Of a stretch of DNA of 33,793 bases, positions 1 through 8,528 are shown piece by piece. How positions within the stretch are numbered: position 1 is the stretch's first letter; every line of letters begins with the position of its first letter. Made by a program: the position numbers and the translations under genes. Under the pieces are notes generated by a model, which searched no databases, had not been told where the DNA came from, and saw nothing but the letters and a program-made list of their open reading frames with translations. This DNA is from Methanomassiliicoccales archaeon (lineage in GTDB: Archaea; Thermoplasmatota; Thermoplasmata; Methanomassiliicoccales; JACIVX01), in contig JANHAK010000001.1 in assembly GCA_024464195.1 (NCBI GenBank), positions 1-33,793 on the forward strand. Direction: 5' to 3'.

Positions 1-1
1 G

Positions 2-3000
2 ATTAAAGTTAGGCACGTGTTTGCAGCATTATTTCTTGCGTTTCTCGTCGTTTTGCCAAATGCCTGGGGAGCAACCGACGCTGCGATTCCTTCAGAGCTG
101 AAGGCCCAGTACGACAAGCAGGTCTATGATATCATGCCAGGTTTTGCCAAACCTGCGAGTTATGATGTAGTTAACGGATCAAACTGGTATTTCGGAGCTT
201 TTGCATACAGTATGCCGCTGCCGACACAATATTGGCCAGCAGCGTGGAGCTGGTTCAGGACAGTTGATTCAAATATCATTCCAGTGTCTGCGAGACCCGC
301 GTTCCTTTCATGGTGGGACTATGGTTTTGAGGCAATCCAGGCGGGACAGCACCCAACTGTCGCTGATAACTTCCAGAATGCTTACCAGTTTGCCGGCAAC
401 TTCATCATGTCTCAAAACGAGACCGTTGCCGTCGCGCTTTTTGTCATCAGAATTCTTGAGAAAACAGGACTTGAAAATGACACGATCGTTCAGGTGCTGG
501 TCGATCATGGTGTCGATTACGCGAAATTGCGGGATATCATGACGAGACCAGAGAGGTACGTTGAGATCGTCAGGAATCATCCCGAAATTTATGGCCCCAG
601 AGACGCGGATCTGAGTCCGACGAATGCGAAGTATGCTGCTGCGAGCGTTGAGCTTTCGAAGGTTGGTCTCGAGAATATTGTTGAGATTTATAACGAGCTC
701 CGTCAGATGACTGGTGTGGATATCTCTTATTTTGCCATTGATAGCAGGCTTTTCCCCTTTACAGCGCTGAGCGCCAATATTTTCTACGCGCCGGCCAAAT
801 TAGCTGATTATAGAATCGACACGATTTCTAATTCCCCAATCGACTTTTTTGAAATTAAGGCGATTGACAGCGAGGGCGGAATTCACGATCTAGCAAATGT
901 AACTTCTGACATGACGATCGTGAATTACCAGATCGTTTACAAGGAAATGTTCTATCGCAGTATGCTTTATCGTGCTTTCATGGGCTATGGACCGTATGAT
1001 ATAGGCGAGACGAGCCAGGGATTACCGGGCCTTACTGGTACATTATCAAGCTATCCGCCAATGCAGGGTTGGAACATGACGCATTTCAGAATGGTCTATA
1101 GGACTGCTTATTACAACCCCTTCCCTCCAGATCAGGTCAAGAATCATTCATCTGCATGGCGCGCGATTAGTTACGATGAGGCACTCGAACTTCGTGAAAA
1201 AATCAACAATGGTGAAATGCAGGGAACGGTCGATGCAAGTGCGAGTGCCCTGATTCAGGGCGTTGTCTTTCTCCAATACTACGATGGTGCTATCGTCGAG
1301 GGAACGGTAACGACCAATAGTGGGTTGCCTTATCCTGGACTCTGGGTCACAGTCCTTGATGAATATGGAATTCCGCATCAGACAGTGAAGACTGATGCGA
1401 ATGGGCATTACGAAGTCATCGCGCCGTTTGGCGAGGTGAAACTGGTGTTCTCCTACGGAGATCTTGATCTAAGGACACAGATTGCAACTGAACTCAGTAG
1501 AATCTCTTTCAATGTGAGTTATGATCAGTCGATGAGGAAGAAAATCGATGCCGACAATGATGGGAAATGGGATTATTATATAACAAAAAATGTAGCCGTC
1601 AAGGGCAGTGCTATGAAGGGAAAGGTCTACTGGGATGTTGACGGTGACGGAACTTATACTTCTGGGACTGACACGATTATCGAAGGGGCAAAAGTGATCG
1701 TTGGAAATGAGAGTAAAGAACTTCAATACGAAACGATCTCGAGTGTTGGTGGCTACGGGTTCTATGGACTGCCGCCGATGAATGCGACTATATATGCTGT
1801 GCTTGATAATCATTCCTTTGGTCGTGTCCAGGTAACTCTGCTTCCGATGGGAAATATCACAAAGGATATCGGAATTAAACCCTCATCATTGAATGGTACA
1901 GCGATTTTTGCCGATGGGAATGTGGCCTCGGGATTGAATCTGAGAATCGTTGATACGATCAGCGGAAAAGAGATTACCACGGCGACAGATTCAAATGGAT
2001 ACTTCCATGTCGGAATGTTGTTTTCAGGGCGGTATCTCCTAAAGACACAAGACCTCTCTTATGCGATTGTGCCAGATGAAGTCAGCGTTATGGAAGGAGA
2101 AACTAAGACGATGGATCTGACAGTCTATGGTTCCATGAAAGTTTCTGGTCGTGTCATGATCGGAAGTTCAGTTGCGAGCAATGTAACGATTGCATTCCTC
2201 TCCAAAGCAAGCGAGTTCTGGACGAATAGTGATTCGAGAGGAATTTATGATGTTAATCTGCCTCGTGGGAATTATACGGTTTTCTGCCTGGCGATCCAGA
2301 ATGGTGAAACTTACGTCTCTCTTACTGCTTTGAATTCCTTTGGTCCCATCGTGAATCATGATATCAAAATGGTACCAGGCAACTTCATCGATCTTTATGT
2401 TTCTGGTTCGTTAGGACCCGTCAGTAATGCCGAGGTTTTGATTCAATCGAAAACCAGCAACGCTGCTGTAAAAGCGGTGACAAATGCAACTGGTGGAGCG
2501 AGGATCATTCTTCCTCAAGGTACTTATTTTGTCTATATCAGAGGAAATGAAGAGGCATATTGGGGAGACATGTTTGTTGATTCGTCGAAGCGTGTTAACA
2601 TTGTACTATCATCCGCTGCCTCAATTTCGGGTGTGACATGGTATGATGCTAACAACAACGCAATCATGGACTCAGGCGAACAGATTTCAGGTGTAAAATT
2701 GACATTGTACGATCGCGATGGCAGAGCAATTGAAGCGACAAGTGATTCAATCGGCAGTTTTTCATTCGTAGTCCCTTCAGGTTATTCGTATGAGCTTTCG
2801 TTAAGCAAAGGTGGTTATGCGTCGAAGGTTTTGAGTTTCCCGCTTATCGAATCATCGATTTCCCAGAATGTGAGACTTGTTCCTCTCAACCGCACGATCA
2901 CAGGTATCGTGTATTACGAGTCGGCACCGATTGCCGACATTTTGGTAAAATTTGTATCGGCCTATGGTAATGTTTTCGTGGCGAATAGCGGATCCTCGGG

Positions 3001-5026
3001 TACTTTTTCGATTTCAGTTCCACCAGGAAATTACGAAGTGATTGTCGATCAGAATGTTTCGTCGGTGAATAATGCGACAAAATATCAATTTACTTCATCA
3101 ATACAAGTTCCCATCGGTTCTGACCCATCCTTGTTACAAATCGATCTTGTGAAGAGGGTAAGAGTATACGGATCGCTCTATCCAGAAAGGAGTGGTACGA
3201 CAAAGATAACTTTCAATGGGCCTGAGGAAAGAACGATCACGACCTCTGGGAGATTTGATCTTTACCTTGTGGAGGGTAACTATAGTGTTTATGCGCTCAA
3301 CGACCAGGTAATTACTGATTATGCGTTTTTCGATCTTATCCACATCGATGCGTTTGTTTCACCACTAAATCTAACAACATCCATTGCGAAAATGGTTAGA
3401 GGCACGATCTATTTTGAAGGCTCACCATTTTCTTACGTTGTTCCGGTTGAGATCAGAAATGATGCTGGTGCGATCATTAAGATAAACTCTTATGTTAGCG
3501 GTATTTTCGAAGCCATATTACCATACGGGAATTATTCGGCAGGAGTTGATTATCACACGAAGACAAGAATCGGTCTAGAAACGCGGTATGTGCGTTATAC
3601 TGGAAATACATCACTGTTCGTTCCTTCTTTAACAATGTCCACTATCGTGTTAAATCGCACTTATGATAATGTGACTCTTAGCGGGTCGGTATTCGATTCG
3701 AGTGGATCATTGGTTTCTGCAACGATCGAATTCATTCCCATATCTTCCACAGCAATGAGCGCATCAGTGACATCTGGGATTGGTTCATACGCGTTATCGA
3801 TCGCACCTGGAAATTACAGTGTGTATGCAAGGCAGGTCGGTGGGCTAGGCGTATACCTTGGCGTTGTTAATGTGTCACCGCAGTCGAACAAAATTTTTGA
3901 CATTACTCTCGTGCCTGGGTTTAGGTTTGCCGGTGAAACCCTGAAGGAATACGCGCCTGGCAATGCGACGATCGAGATTACATCAGCGAACGGGGCGAAA
4001 TTGAGTGCGTCTTCATCATCTTCAGGCTCTTTTGAAATCATCTTGCCTCCTGGTGAATATAGTGTAAAATTCACTTCTACTGGAATGGAGAAGGGGATCT
4101 CTGTTCGTTATTACGCGAATACATCGATCAATTTGATTACTGATCTAAGCCGAGCGATCAAAATGGAAAAGATTCCTGAAAGGGGCGTTGATTTGCAGTG
4201 GAATGAGGCTGAGAAGACGACACTGAGGACTGGGCAGACAGCGGTTTACAACTTAAGAATCGTCAATAAGGGGAATGTGCTAGATACTTTTAAGCTCGAG
4301 GCGCAGGCTGCGAACTGGAATGTTGTGTTTTCCCAGAGCACGGTGAGCGTCGATTTCGGCTATTATAATTCTCAGCTAGTTACGGTGAGCATTACACCAT
4401 CGGCGAGTGTCTATGTCTCACATTCGCCGATTAAGATCACTGCAATCTCGCTCAATAACGCATCGATTCAGGATTCTGTATTAATCGACGCGATCATCCT
4501 CCCATATTACAGTTTGAATCTCAAGTTCGATAAACCCTATCAAGTCAATGGAACGCCCTATTCTTACAGCATAAAACTTGAGAATAACGGGAACGATGAG
4601 GACACGATCAATATCAGCATTGCAAATCGAGTTCCACTCGCTGAGCTGGGCTGGAAAGCAGAGGTGAGGCTTGGCGGCGAGAATCCTGTTAATAATCTCA
4701 CGGTCACCTTGCAAGCTGGGAAAGTCAAATATTTCGATGTTCTCCTTACACCGATACGAGAGAATCCTAATCCAAACATTGAGGTCGTCATCTCAGCAAC
4801 TTCTCAGAAGTCTTCAGATGCGTACGCATTGCTGATAGTGAAGCCTCCGCTCCCTCTAATTATTCTGCCTTCAGGCGGCGTGAGCGTTAGTGGGGAAAAT
4901 GTATATTTTGAGCCGGCAGAAATTCCCATCGAGACAATCGCTCTTACAGGTGCAACCTTGGCGGCGTTTGTGATTTTCATCCTCATGGGTATACACAGGG
5001 GGGTATTCAGACGAAGAAGGCGCTGA
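2..5026 (+). CDS. aglB: Archaeal oligosaccharyltransferase AglB/STT3, 5'-truncated by the window edge. Carries a >1,200-aa C-terminal extension of beta-sandwich repeats and a C-terminal TM anchor.
   Basis: The frame is open from nt 2 with no stop before the track start at 17, so the N-terminal TM domain lies upstream. FAALFLAFLVVL looks like the last TM helix. The catalytic WWDYG motif (LSWWDYGFE) is at nt 311-325. Downstream are many repeats of the carboxypeptidase-regulatory-like type (e.g. GTVTTNSGLPYPGLWVTVLDEYGIPHQTVKTDANGHYEVIAPFGEVKLVF, recurring PGNYSVY / GNYTVF). CARDB/DUF11-like modules follow (LRIVNKGNVLDTFKLEA..., IKLENNGNDEDTINISI). The end has a hydrophobic helix (LTGATLAAFVIFILMGI) plus an RRRRR tail. 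Stop is TGA. Confidence 0.8.
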   Translation: MKVRHVFAALFLAFLVVLPNAWGATDAAIPSELKAQYDKQVYDIMPGFAKPASYDVVNGSNWYFGAFAYSMPLPTQYWPAAWSWFRTVDSNIIPVSARPAFLSWWDYGFEAIQAGQHPTVADNFQNAYQFAGNFIMSQNETVAVALFVIRILEKTGLENDTIVQVLVDHGVDYAKLRDIMTRPERYVEIVRNHPEIYGPRDADLSPTNAKYAAASVELSKVGLENIVEIYNELRQMTGVDISYFAIDSRLFPFTALSANIFYAPAKLADYRIDTISNSPIDFFEIKAIDSEGGIHDLANVTSDMTIVNYQIVYKEMFYRSMLYRAFMGYGPYDIGETSQGLPGLTGTLSSYPPMQGWNMTHFRMVYRTAYYNPFPPDQVKNHSSAWRAISYDEALELREKINNGEMQGTVDASASALIQGVVFLQYYDGAIVEGTVTTNSGLPYPGLWVTVLDEYGIPHQTVKTDANGHYEVIAPFGEVKLVFSYGDLDLRTQIATELSRISFNVSYDQSMRKKIDADNDGKWDYYITKNVAVKGSAMKGKVYWDVDGDGTYTSGTDTIIEGAKVIVGNESKELQYETISSVGGYGFYGLPPMNATIYAVLDNHSFGRVQVTLLPMGNITKDIGIKPSSLNGTAIFADGNVASGLNLRIVDTISGKEITTATDSNGYFHVGMLFSGRYLLKTQDLSYAIVPDEVSVMEGETKTMDLTVYGSMKVSGRVMIGSSVASNVTIAFLSKASEFWTNSDSRGIYDVNLPRGNYTVFCLAIQNGETYVSLTALNSFGPIVNHDIKMVPGNFIDLYVSGSLGPVSNAEVLIQSKTSNAAVKAVTNATGGARIILPQGTYFVYIRGNEEAYWGDMFVDSSKRVNIVLSSAASISGVTWYDANNNAIMDSGEQISGVKLTLYDRDGRAIEATSDSIGSFSFVVPSGYSYELSLSKGGYASKVLSFPLIESSISQNVRLVPLNRTITGIVYYESAPIADILVKFVSAYGNVFVANSGSSGTFSISVPPGNYEVIVDQNVSSVNNATKYQFTSSIQVPIGSDPSLLQIDLVKRVRVYGSLYPERSGTTKITFNGPEERTITTSGRFDLYLVEGNYSVYALNDQVITDYAFFDLIHIDAFVSPLNLTTSIAKMVRGTIYFEGSPFSYVVPVEIRNDAGAIIKINSYVSGIFEAILPYGNYSAGVDYHTKTRIGLETRYVRYTGNTSLFVPSLTMSTIVLNRTYDNVTLSGSVFDSSGSLVSATIEFIPISSTAMSASVTSGIGSYALSIAPGNYSVYARQVGGLGVYLGVVNVSPQSNKIFDITLVPGFRFAGETLKEYAPGNATIEITSANGAKLSASSSSSGSFEIILPPGEYSVKFTSTGMEKGISVRYYANTSINLITDLSRAIKMEKIPERGVDLQWNEAEKTTLRTGQTAVYNLRIVNKGNVLDTFKLEAQAANWNVVFSQSTVSVDFGYYNSQLVTVSITPSASVYVSHSPIKITAISLNNASIQDSVLIDAIILPYYSLNLKFDKPYQVNGTPYSYSIKLENNGNDEDTINISIANRVPLAELGWKAEVRLGGENPVNNLTVTLQAGKVKYFDVLLTPIRENPNPNIEVVISATSQKSSDAYALLIVKPPLPLIILPSGGVSVSGENVYFEPAEIPIETIALTGATLAAFVIFILMGIHRGVFRRRRR

Positions 5027-5796
5027 TGGCGATTGTATTCACGATAACGATTTTTTGTCTTTCCGTTTATCCACTTGCGAGTATTAGTGTCGCTGCATAT
5101 GACCCCATATACGTTTCCATCGATGGCAAAAATTGCATTGCTATTAGCGAAAAATCGGAATATATAATCAGGGTTGTTGGCGGCCCTGGAGACGAACCTG
5201 GAGGAAATTTTAGTTTCACAGCGAAATTGATCGGCCCATCACCAGCCGAAGCAAAAGTTATTCCGACTAACGGAAAATCCTCGACTGGCCTTTTCAGAGT
5301 CAATGTGACGGCGCCACCGACGGCGCGAGACATGATTCTGCGCATCAATGTCACTTCGGTTTCTGCCAACGGCACGCTCGTTGAGAAGGTGACGAAAGAT
5401 TTCCCTATCAAGGTGCTGGTTCCTGTTGTCATCACAGCGACTGTGAGGAACGATGGGAACATGTCAGTGAAGAATATCCCCTTTGCGATCTACGCGGATG
5501 GATTGAAAATTTATGAAACGACGATAAATCTCGATCCGAAAACATCAAAGACAATCATTTTCAATTGGACCGACCCATATTTGAAGCCCGGGGAGCATGT
5601 CATTACGGTGATGATTGACCCAGGAAACACTCTCGTCAAGCTCGATACCGGCGGCACTTCATTCACAACGACAATTTTTGTTGGGAAGACCGATTACGGC
5701 TTTGTCAACGCGCTGCTAATTGGAATCCTTCTCTTATCTGTGTTTTCAATCTACTTGGTGTACCGGCGACCAAAAAGAAGAAGGATGAAGCGGTAA
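5026..5796 (+). CDS. Membrane-anchored CARDB-domain surface protein
   Basis: The ATG overlaps the aglB TGA by 1 nt (TGATG). N-terminal hydrophobic signal/anchor (IVFTITIFCLSVYPLASISVAA). CARDB-like module VVITATVRNDGNMSVKNIPFAIYADGLKIYETTINLDPKTSKTIIFNWTD...GEHVITVMIDPGN. C-terminal TM helix (ALLIGILLLSVFSIYLV) plus basic tail RRPKRRRMKR. Confidence 0.7.
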   Translation: MAIVFTITIFCLSVYPLASISVAAYDPIYVSIDGKNCIAISEKSEYIIRVVGGPGDEPGGNFSFTAKLIGPSPAEAKVIPTNGKSSTGLFRVNVTAPPTARDMILRINVTSVSANGTLVEKVTKDFPIKVLVPVVITATVRNDGNMSVKNIPFAIYADGLKIYETTINLDPKTSKTIIFNWTDPYLKPGEHVITVMIDPGNTLVKLDTGGTSFTTTIFVGKTDYGFVNALLIGILLLSVFSIYLVYRRPKRRRMKR

Positions 5797-5823
5797 ACCT
5801 TGATTCGCTAGCAAAGTTATGAA

Positions 5824-5829
5824 TTTTTT
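5824..5829 (+). terminator. Oligo-T tract downstream of the CARDB gene (candidate archaeal terminator)
   Basis: T6 run 28 nt after the TAA, followed by more T-rich sequence (ttcttctctgttaatatttt). Confidence 0.3.
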
Positions 5830-5886
5830 ATTCTTCTCTGTTAATATTTTAATTCAAAAAATCGGAACTTGATTAGATTTGAAAAG

Positions 5887-5901
5887 TTCTCACGTGAAGA
5901 A
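5887..5901. promoter_or_regulatory. Copy 1 of the recurring near-palindromic motif TTCTCACGTGAAGAA (CACGTG core), upstream of trxA
   Basis: Exact string ttctcacgtgaagaa, 36 nt upstream of the trxA TATA box. The same 9-mer TTCTCACGT followed by AAGAA recurs at 30183-30199 and 32830-32844. Confidence 0.45.
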
Positions 5902-5936
5902 ATAAGCCCGTCGAAATGATGAGAATTTTGGGACGA

Positions 5937-5944
5937 TTTATATA
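5937..5944 (+). promoter_or_regulatory. TATA box (TTTATATA) for trxA; spacing implies a leaderless mRNA
   Basis: Perfect archaeal TATA consensus tttatata, with its centre about 28 nt upstream of the ATG at 5969. No SD lies in between. Confidence 0.6.
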
Positions 5945-5968
5945 GGCGATTCATGATAGGGCGAATTC

Positions 5969-6292
5969 ATGGCCGGAAATCTCATTGAGATCACAGATGA
6001 CAACTTTGAGCGGATCAGAAAGGAAAATTCTAAACTCATTATTGACTGCTGGGCTGAATGGTGTGGTCCGTGCAGAATGCTCGCCCCAATTTTCGAAAAA
6101 CTCGCAGCTGAATATTCCGGAAAAATAGTCTTCGGCAAAATGAATACCGATCACAATCCTGAACTCGTGAGGCGGTTCAGAATCATGGCAATTCCGACGC
6201 TTCTTTTCTTTAGGGACGGAGAGGTCGTCGATCAAATTGTAGGTGTCGTGCCGAAGGAGGAAATTGCAGAAGCGATAAAGAGAAATTTCTGA
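5969..6292 (+). CDS. trxA: Thioredoxin
   Basis: 107 aa with the active site WAEWCGPCRMLAP (CGPC) and a typical Trx-fold C-terminal half (IPTLLFFRDGEVV). Confidence 0.93.
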   Translation: MAGNLIEITDDNFERIRKENSKLIIDCWAEWCGPCRMLAPIFEKLAAEYSGKIVFGKMNTDHNPELVRRFRIMAIPTLLFFRDGEVVDQIVGVVPKEEIAEAIKRNF

Positions 6293-6366
6293 CATCGATG
6301 TGACTGATTTCCTTAATCGAAACCTTCTAGAGGCGTTATTCTGCACTTTTCCATCTGCTACGCTTG

Positions 6367-6999
6367 TCAACTTTTTGAGCTATCTAGATCTCTTCGAAAA
6401 TCCTCTAATTTTTCCTGAAGACGTTTTGAAGTCACCGCAACGGCGACTTCTCCTCTCGTCTTTTCAAGAAGTGAACGAGCGATATCCTGTTTTCTTCTTA
6501 TCGGGACGATAGCATCTGGATAATCGAAGCGCATGAGAATGAGAAACAGATCCTCCATCATGTCGAGATACTTCACAGCCTCATCTGTCTTGTCTTTCCT
6601 CAGTGCCTCGAGTGCGAATCGTCGCAGTTCACCAATGACATCAGCAAGACCTAGAAGATAGGATGTGGATGTGATATTTAGTTCTTCTGGATCTGGAAGT
6701 TCTTCGTTTTCGACGATTGCGAGAAGTATCGATGCTTCAGCCATTTCAGCCATTGCGTCCTCAACCAGGCCAGAATTCCAGATATCAGGATGGTCCTCGA
6801 GGAGGCTCCTGAGGCGGTGAACCTCATCTTTTGCTTCTGCTAACGCCTCCTTAACATCTTCTTTCCTGTGAATCGAATGGACGATGCCCGTTGAAATTCT
6901 AATGATCGCTCTTGATGACTTAATTGCCACTTCCCGTACGGCATCTTTTTCATCGAGCTTATATTGTATTCGATTGGCAATCTCTTCCAGATTTCTCAT
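6367..6999 (-). CDS. Translin/TRAX-family protein (archaeal COG2178-like, predicted nucleic-acid binding)
   Basis: 210 aa, all-helical. Motif SYLLGLADVIGELRRFAL matches the conserved YLLG.aDLTGELmR segment of TRAX/translin. A leaderless-type TATA is at 7021-7028. Confidence 0.65.
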   Translation of the reverse strand: MRNLEEIANRIQYKLDEKDAVREVAIKSSRAIIRISTGIVHSIHRKEDVKEALAEAKDEVHRLRSLLEDHPDIWNSGLVEDAMAEMAEASILLAIVENEELPDPEELNITSTSYLLGLADVIGELRRFALEALRKDKTDEAVKYLDMMEDLFLILMRFDYPDAIVPIRRKQDIARSLLEKTRGEVAVAVTSKRLQEKLEDFRRDLDSSKS

Positions 7000-7020
7000 A
7001 GTCCAGAAATAGACGACATC

Positions 7021-7028
7021 ATTTAAAT
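7021..7028 (-). promoter_or_regulatory. Palindromic TATA box ATTTAAAT for the translin-like gene (leaderless spacing)
   Basis: Centre is about 26 nt upstream of the ATG at 6999 on the minus strand. It lies in the 33-nt gap after the purD stop. Confidence 0.5.
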
Positions 7029-7032
7029 ACGA

Positions 7033-8361
7033 TTATGTTTGACTGCGCAGTTTCTTCATATGTTCAATTCTTTTCTGGATGAGCTCTTTCTTTCCGATAT
7101 CGTGGCGCACGTAGATTGCCTCGCCGGTGACATGTTTCAAGCCACGCTCGCATTGTGCCTCTGCCTTTTCTACAGTCCCATCAATTCCAACGACCGCAAT
7201 TGCCCTCGAGGTCGTCGTTGTGATAATGCCATTGTCCTCATTGACAGATGCGTAGAATAATTGAGCTCCCTCCCTTTTTACGGCCTCTTCATCGACCGAT
7301 ATTTTCAATCCACTCTTTGGTTTCGTTCCGTACCCATCTGGCACAACGTATTTGCAGACTGTCGCTTTATTCTCAAAGGCAACCTTCGATTGTGATAAGT
7401 TACGATCGACAATTGCGGCGCAAATATCAACAAAATTACTCTTAAGCAAGGGAAGAACGTTCATCGCTTCTGGATCGCCGAGACGTGCATTAAATTCGAT
7501 AACCTTTGGGCCGTCGACGGTGAGCATGAATTGGCCATAGAGGAATCCTACATAGGGGCACCCTTCATCTCTCATGGCGCTGACGGTTTTTCTCATAATT
7601 TCCATCGCTTTGTCAAAATCTTCTGCCGTCATGAACGGAAGGAGATGATCTTCCGTCGAGTACGAACCCATACCTCCTGTGTTTGGCCCCACATCTCCTT
7701 CGTATGCCCGCTTGTGATCCTGAACTAGCGGCATTGGCACAACCGTTTTCCCATCAACAAATGATTGAAGCGTAAACTCCTCACCTTCCAATCGCTCTTC
7801 AAGGACAACGCCAATGCCCCCAATTCTTTTTTCGAAAATCTCTTTGATGTAAGAAAGCACTTCATTCTTATCCTTTAAGTGTTCCCCCTCAATTTTCACC
7901 CCTTTTCCGCCAGTTAATCCAATAGGTTTGACAGCCAGATATTTATCACAATTGACGATAAATCTCTTTGCATCTTCAAAATCATTAAAGGTTTCGAAAT
8001 AAACATTGCCGGGAATATCGTATTTCTTCATGAGAGTCCTCATGAAGCGCTTTGATGTCTCGATCCTCGCAGCTGCCTTACTTGGCCCTACGCATCCTAT
8101 CCCTTGTCTTGAAAGCGCATCAACAAGGCCAACATCGAGCGGCGCTTCAGGTCCGATGACCGCGATCTCGACTCCTGCGTCAACAGCGAACTCCGTGATA
8201 GTTTCGAAATCGATCTCCTTGATCAGTCTGAATTCCTTACAAATTCTTGCAATACCAGGATTCCTGTTGCTCATTGCGGCATAAACCTCAGCGCCACCAT
8301 CAACGAGCGCTCGCACAATTGCATGCTCTCTTCCTCCCCCTCCTACTGTTAAGACTTTCAT
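7033..8361 (-). CDS. purD: Phosphoribosylamine--glycine ligase (GAR synthetase)
   Basis: Canonical N-terminus MKVLTVGGGGREHAIVRAL starting at the ATG at 8361, ATP-grasp core, about 443 aa. The 17-codon extension in the ORF track (to 8412) contains the TATA box at 8393-8400, so it is rejected. Confidence 0.92.
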   Translation of the reverse strand: MKVLTVGGGGREHAIVRALVDGGAEVYAAMSNRNPGIARICKEFRLIKEIDFETITEFAVDAGVEIAVIGPEAPLDVGLVDALSRQGIGCVGPSKAAARIETSKRFMRTLMKKYDIPGNVYFETFNDFEDAKRFIVNCDKYLAVKPIGLTGGKGVKIEGEHLKDKNEVLSYIKEIFEKRIGGIGVVLEERLEGEEFTLQSFVDGKTVVPMPLVQDHKRAYEGDVGPNTGGMGSYSTEDHLLPFMTAEDFDKAMEIMRKTVSAMRDEGCPYVGFLYGQFMLTVDGPKVIEFNARLGDPEAMNVLPLLKSNFVDICAAIVDRNLSQSKVAFENKATVCKYVVPDGYGTKPKSGLKISVDEEAVKREGAQLFYASVNEDNGIITTTTSRAIAVVGIDGTVEKAEAQCERGLKHVTGEAIYVRHDIGKKELIQKRIEHMKKLRSQT

Positions 8362-8392
8362 CGCAATCCCTGTGATGAAAAAGGTCTCAGCG

Positions 8393-8400
8393 TTTATAAA
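8393..8400 (-). promoter_or_regulatory. TATA box TTTATAAA (palindromic) for purD
   Basis: About 35 nt upstream of the ATG at 8361, which predicts a short (about 9 nt) 5' UTR. It sits inside the longer ORF-track start. Confidence 0.5.
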
Positions 8401-8528
8401 TGTGACTTGCACACGATATCAACTATTCTAATTTTGGACTCGTTGAGAGACTCTGTTCTCTAATTATTCCTTGAATTACGATAAGTCATCAAGTGAAATG
8501 CAGTCAGGCCATTGGAAAAATCCAGCTG

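Noticed and set aside
5916-5960. Possible C/D-box sRNA (ATGATGA at 5916-5922)
   Set aside because: No D or D' box (CTGA) at an appropriate distance and no terminal stem. The segment also contains the trxA TATA box, which explains its conservation-like look.
6300-6512. 70-aa plus-strand ORF after trxA
   Set aside because: It overlaps the 3' end of the well-supported translin-like gene on the opposite strand and has no start signals or motifs.
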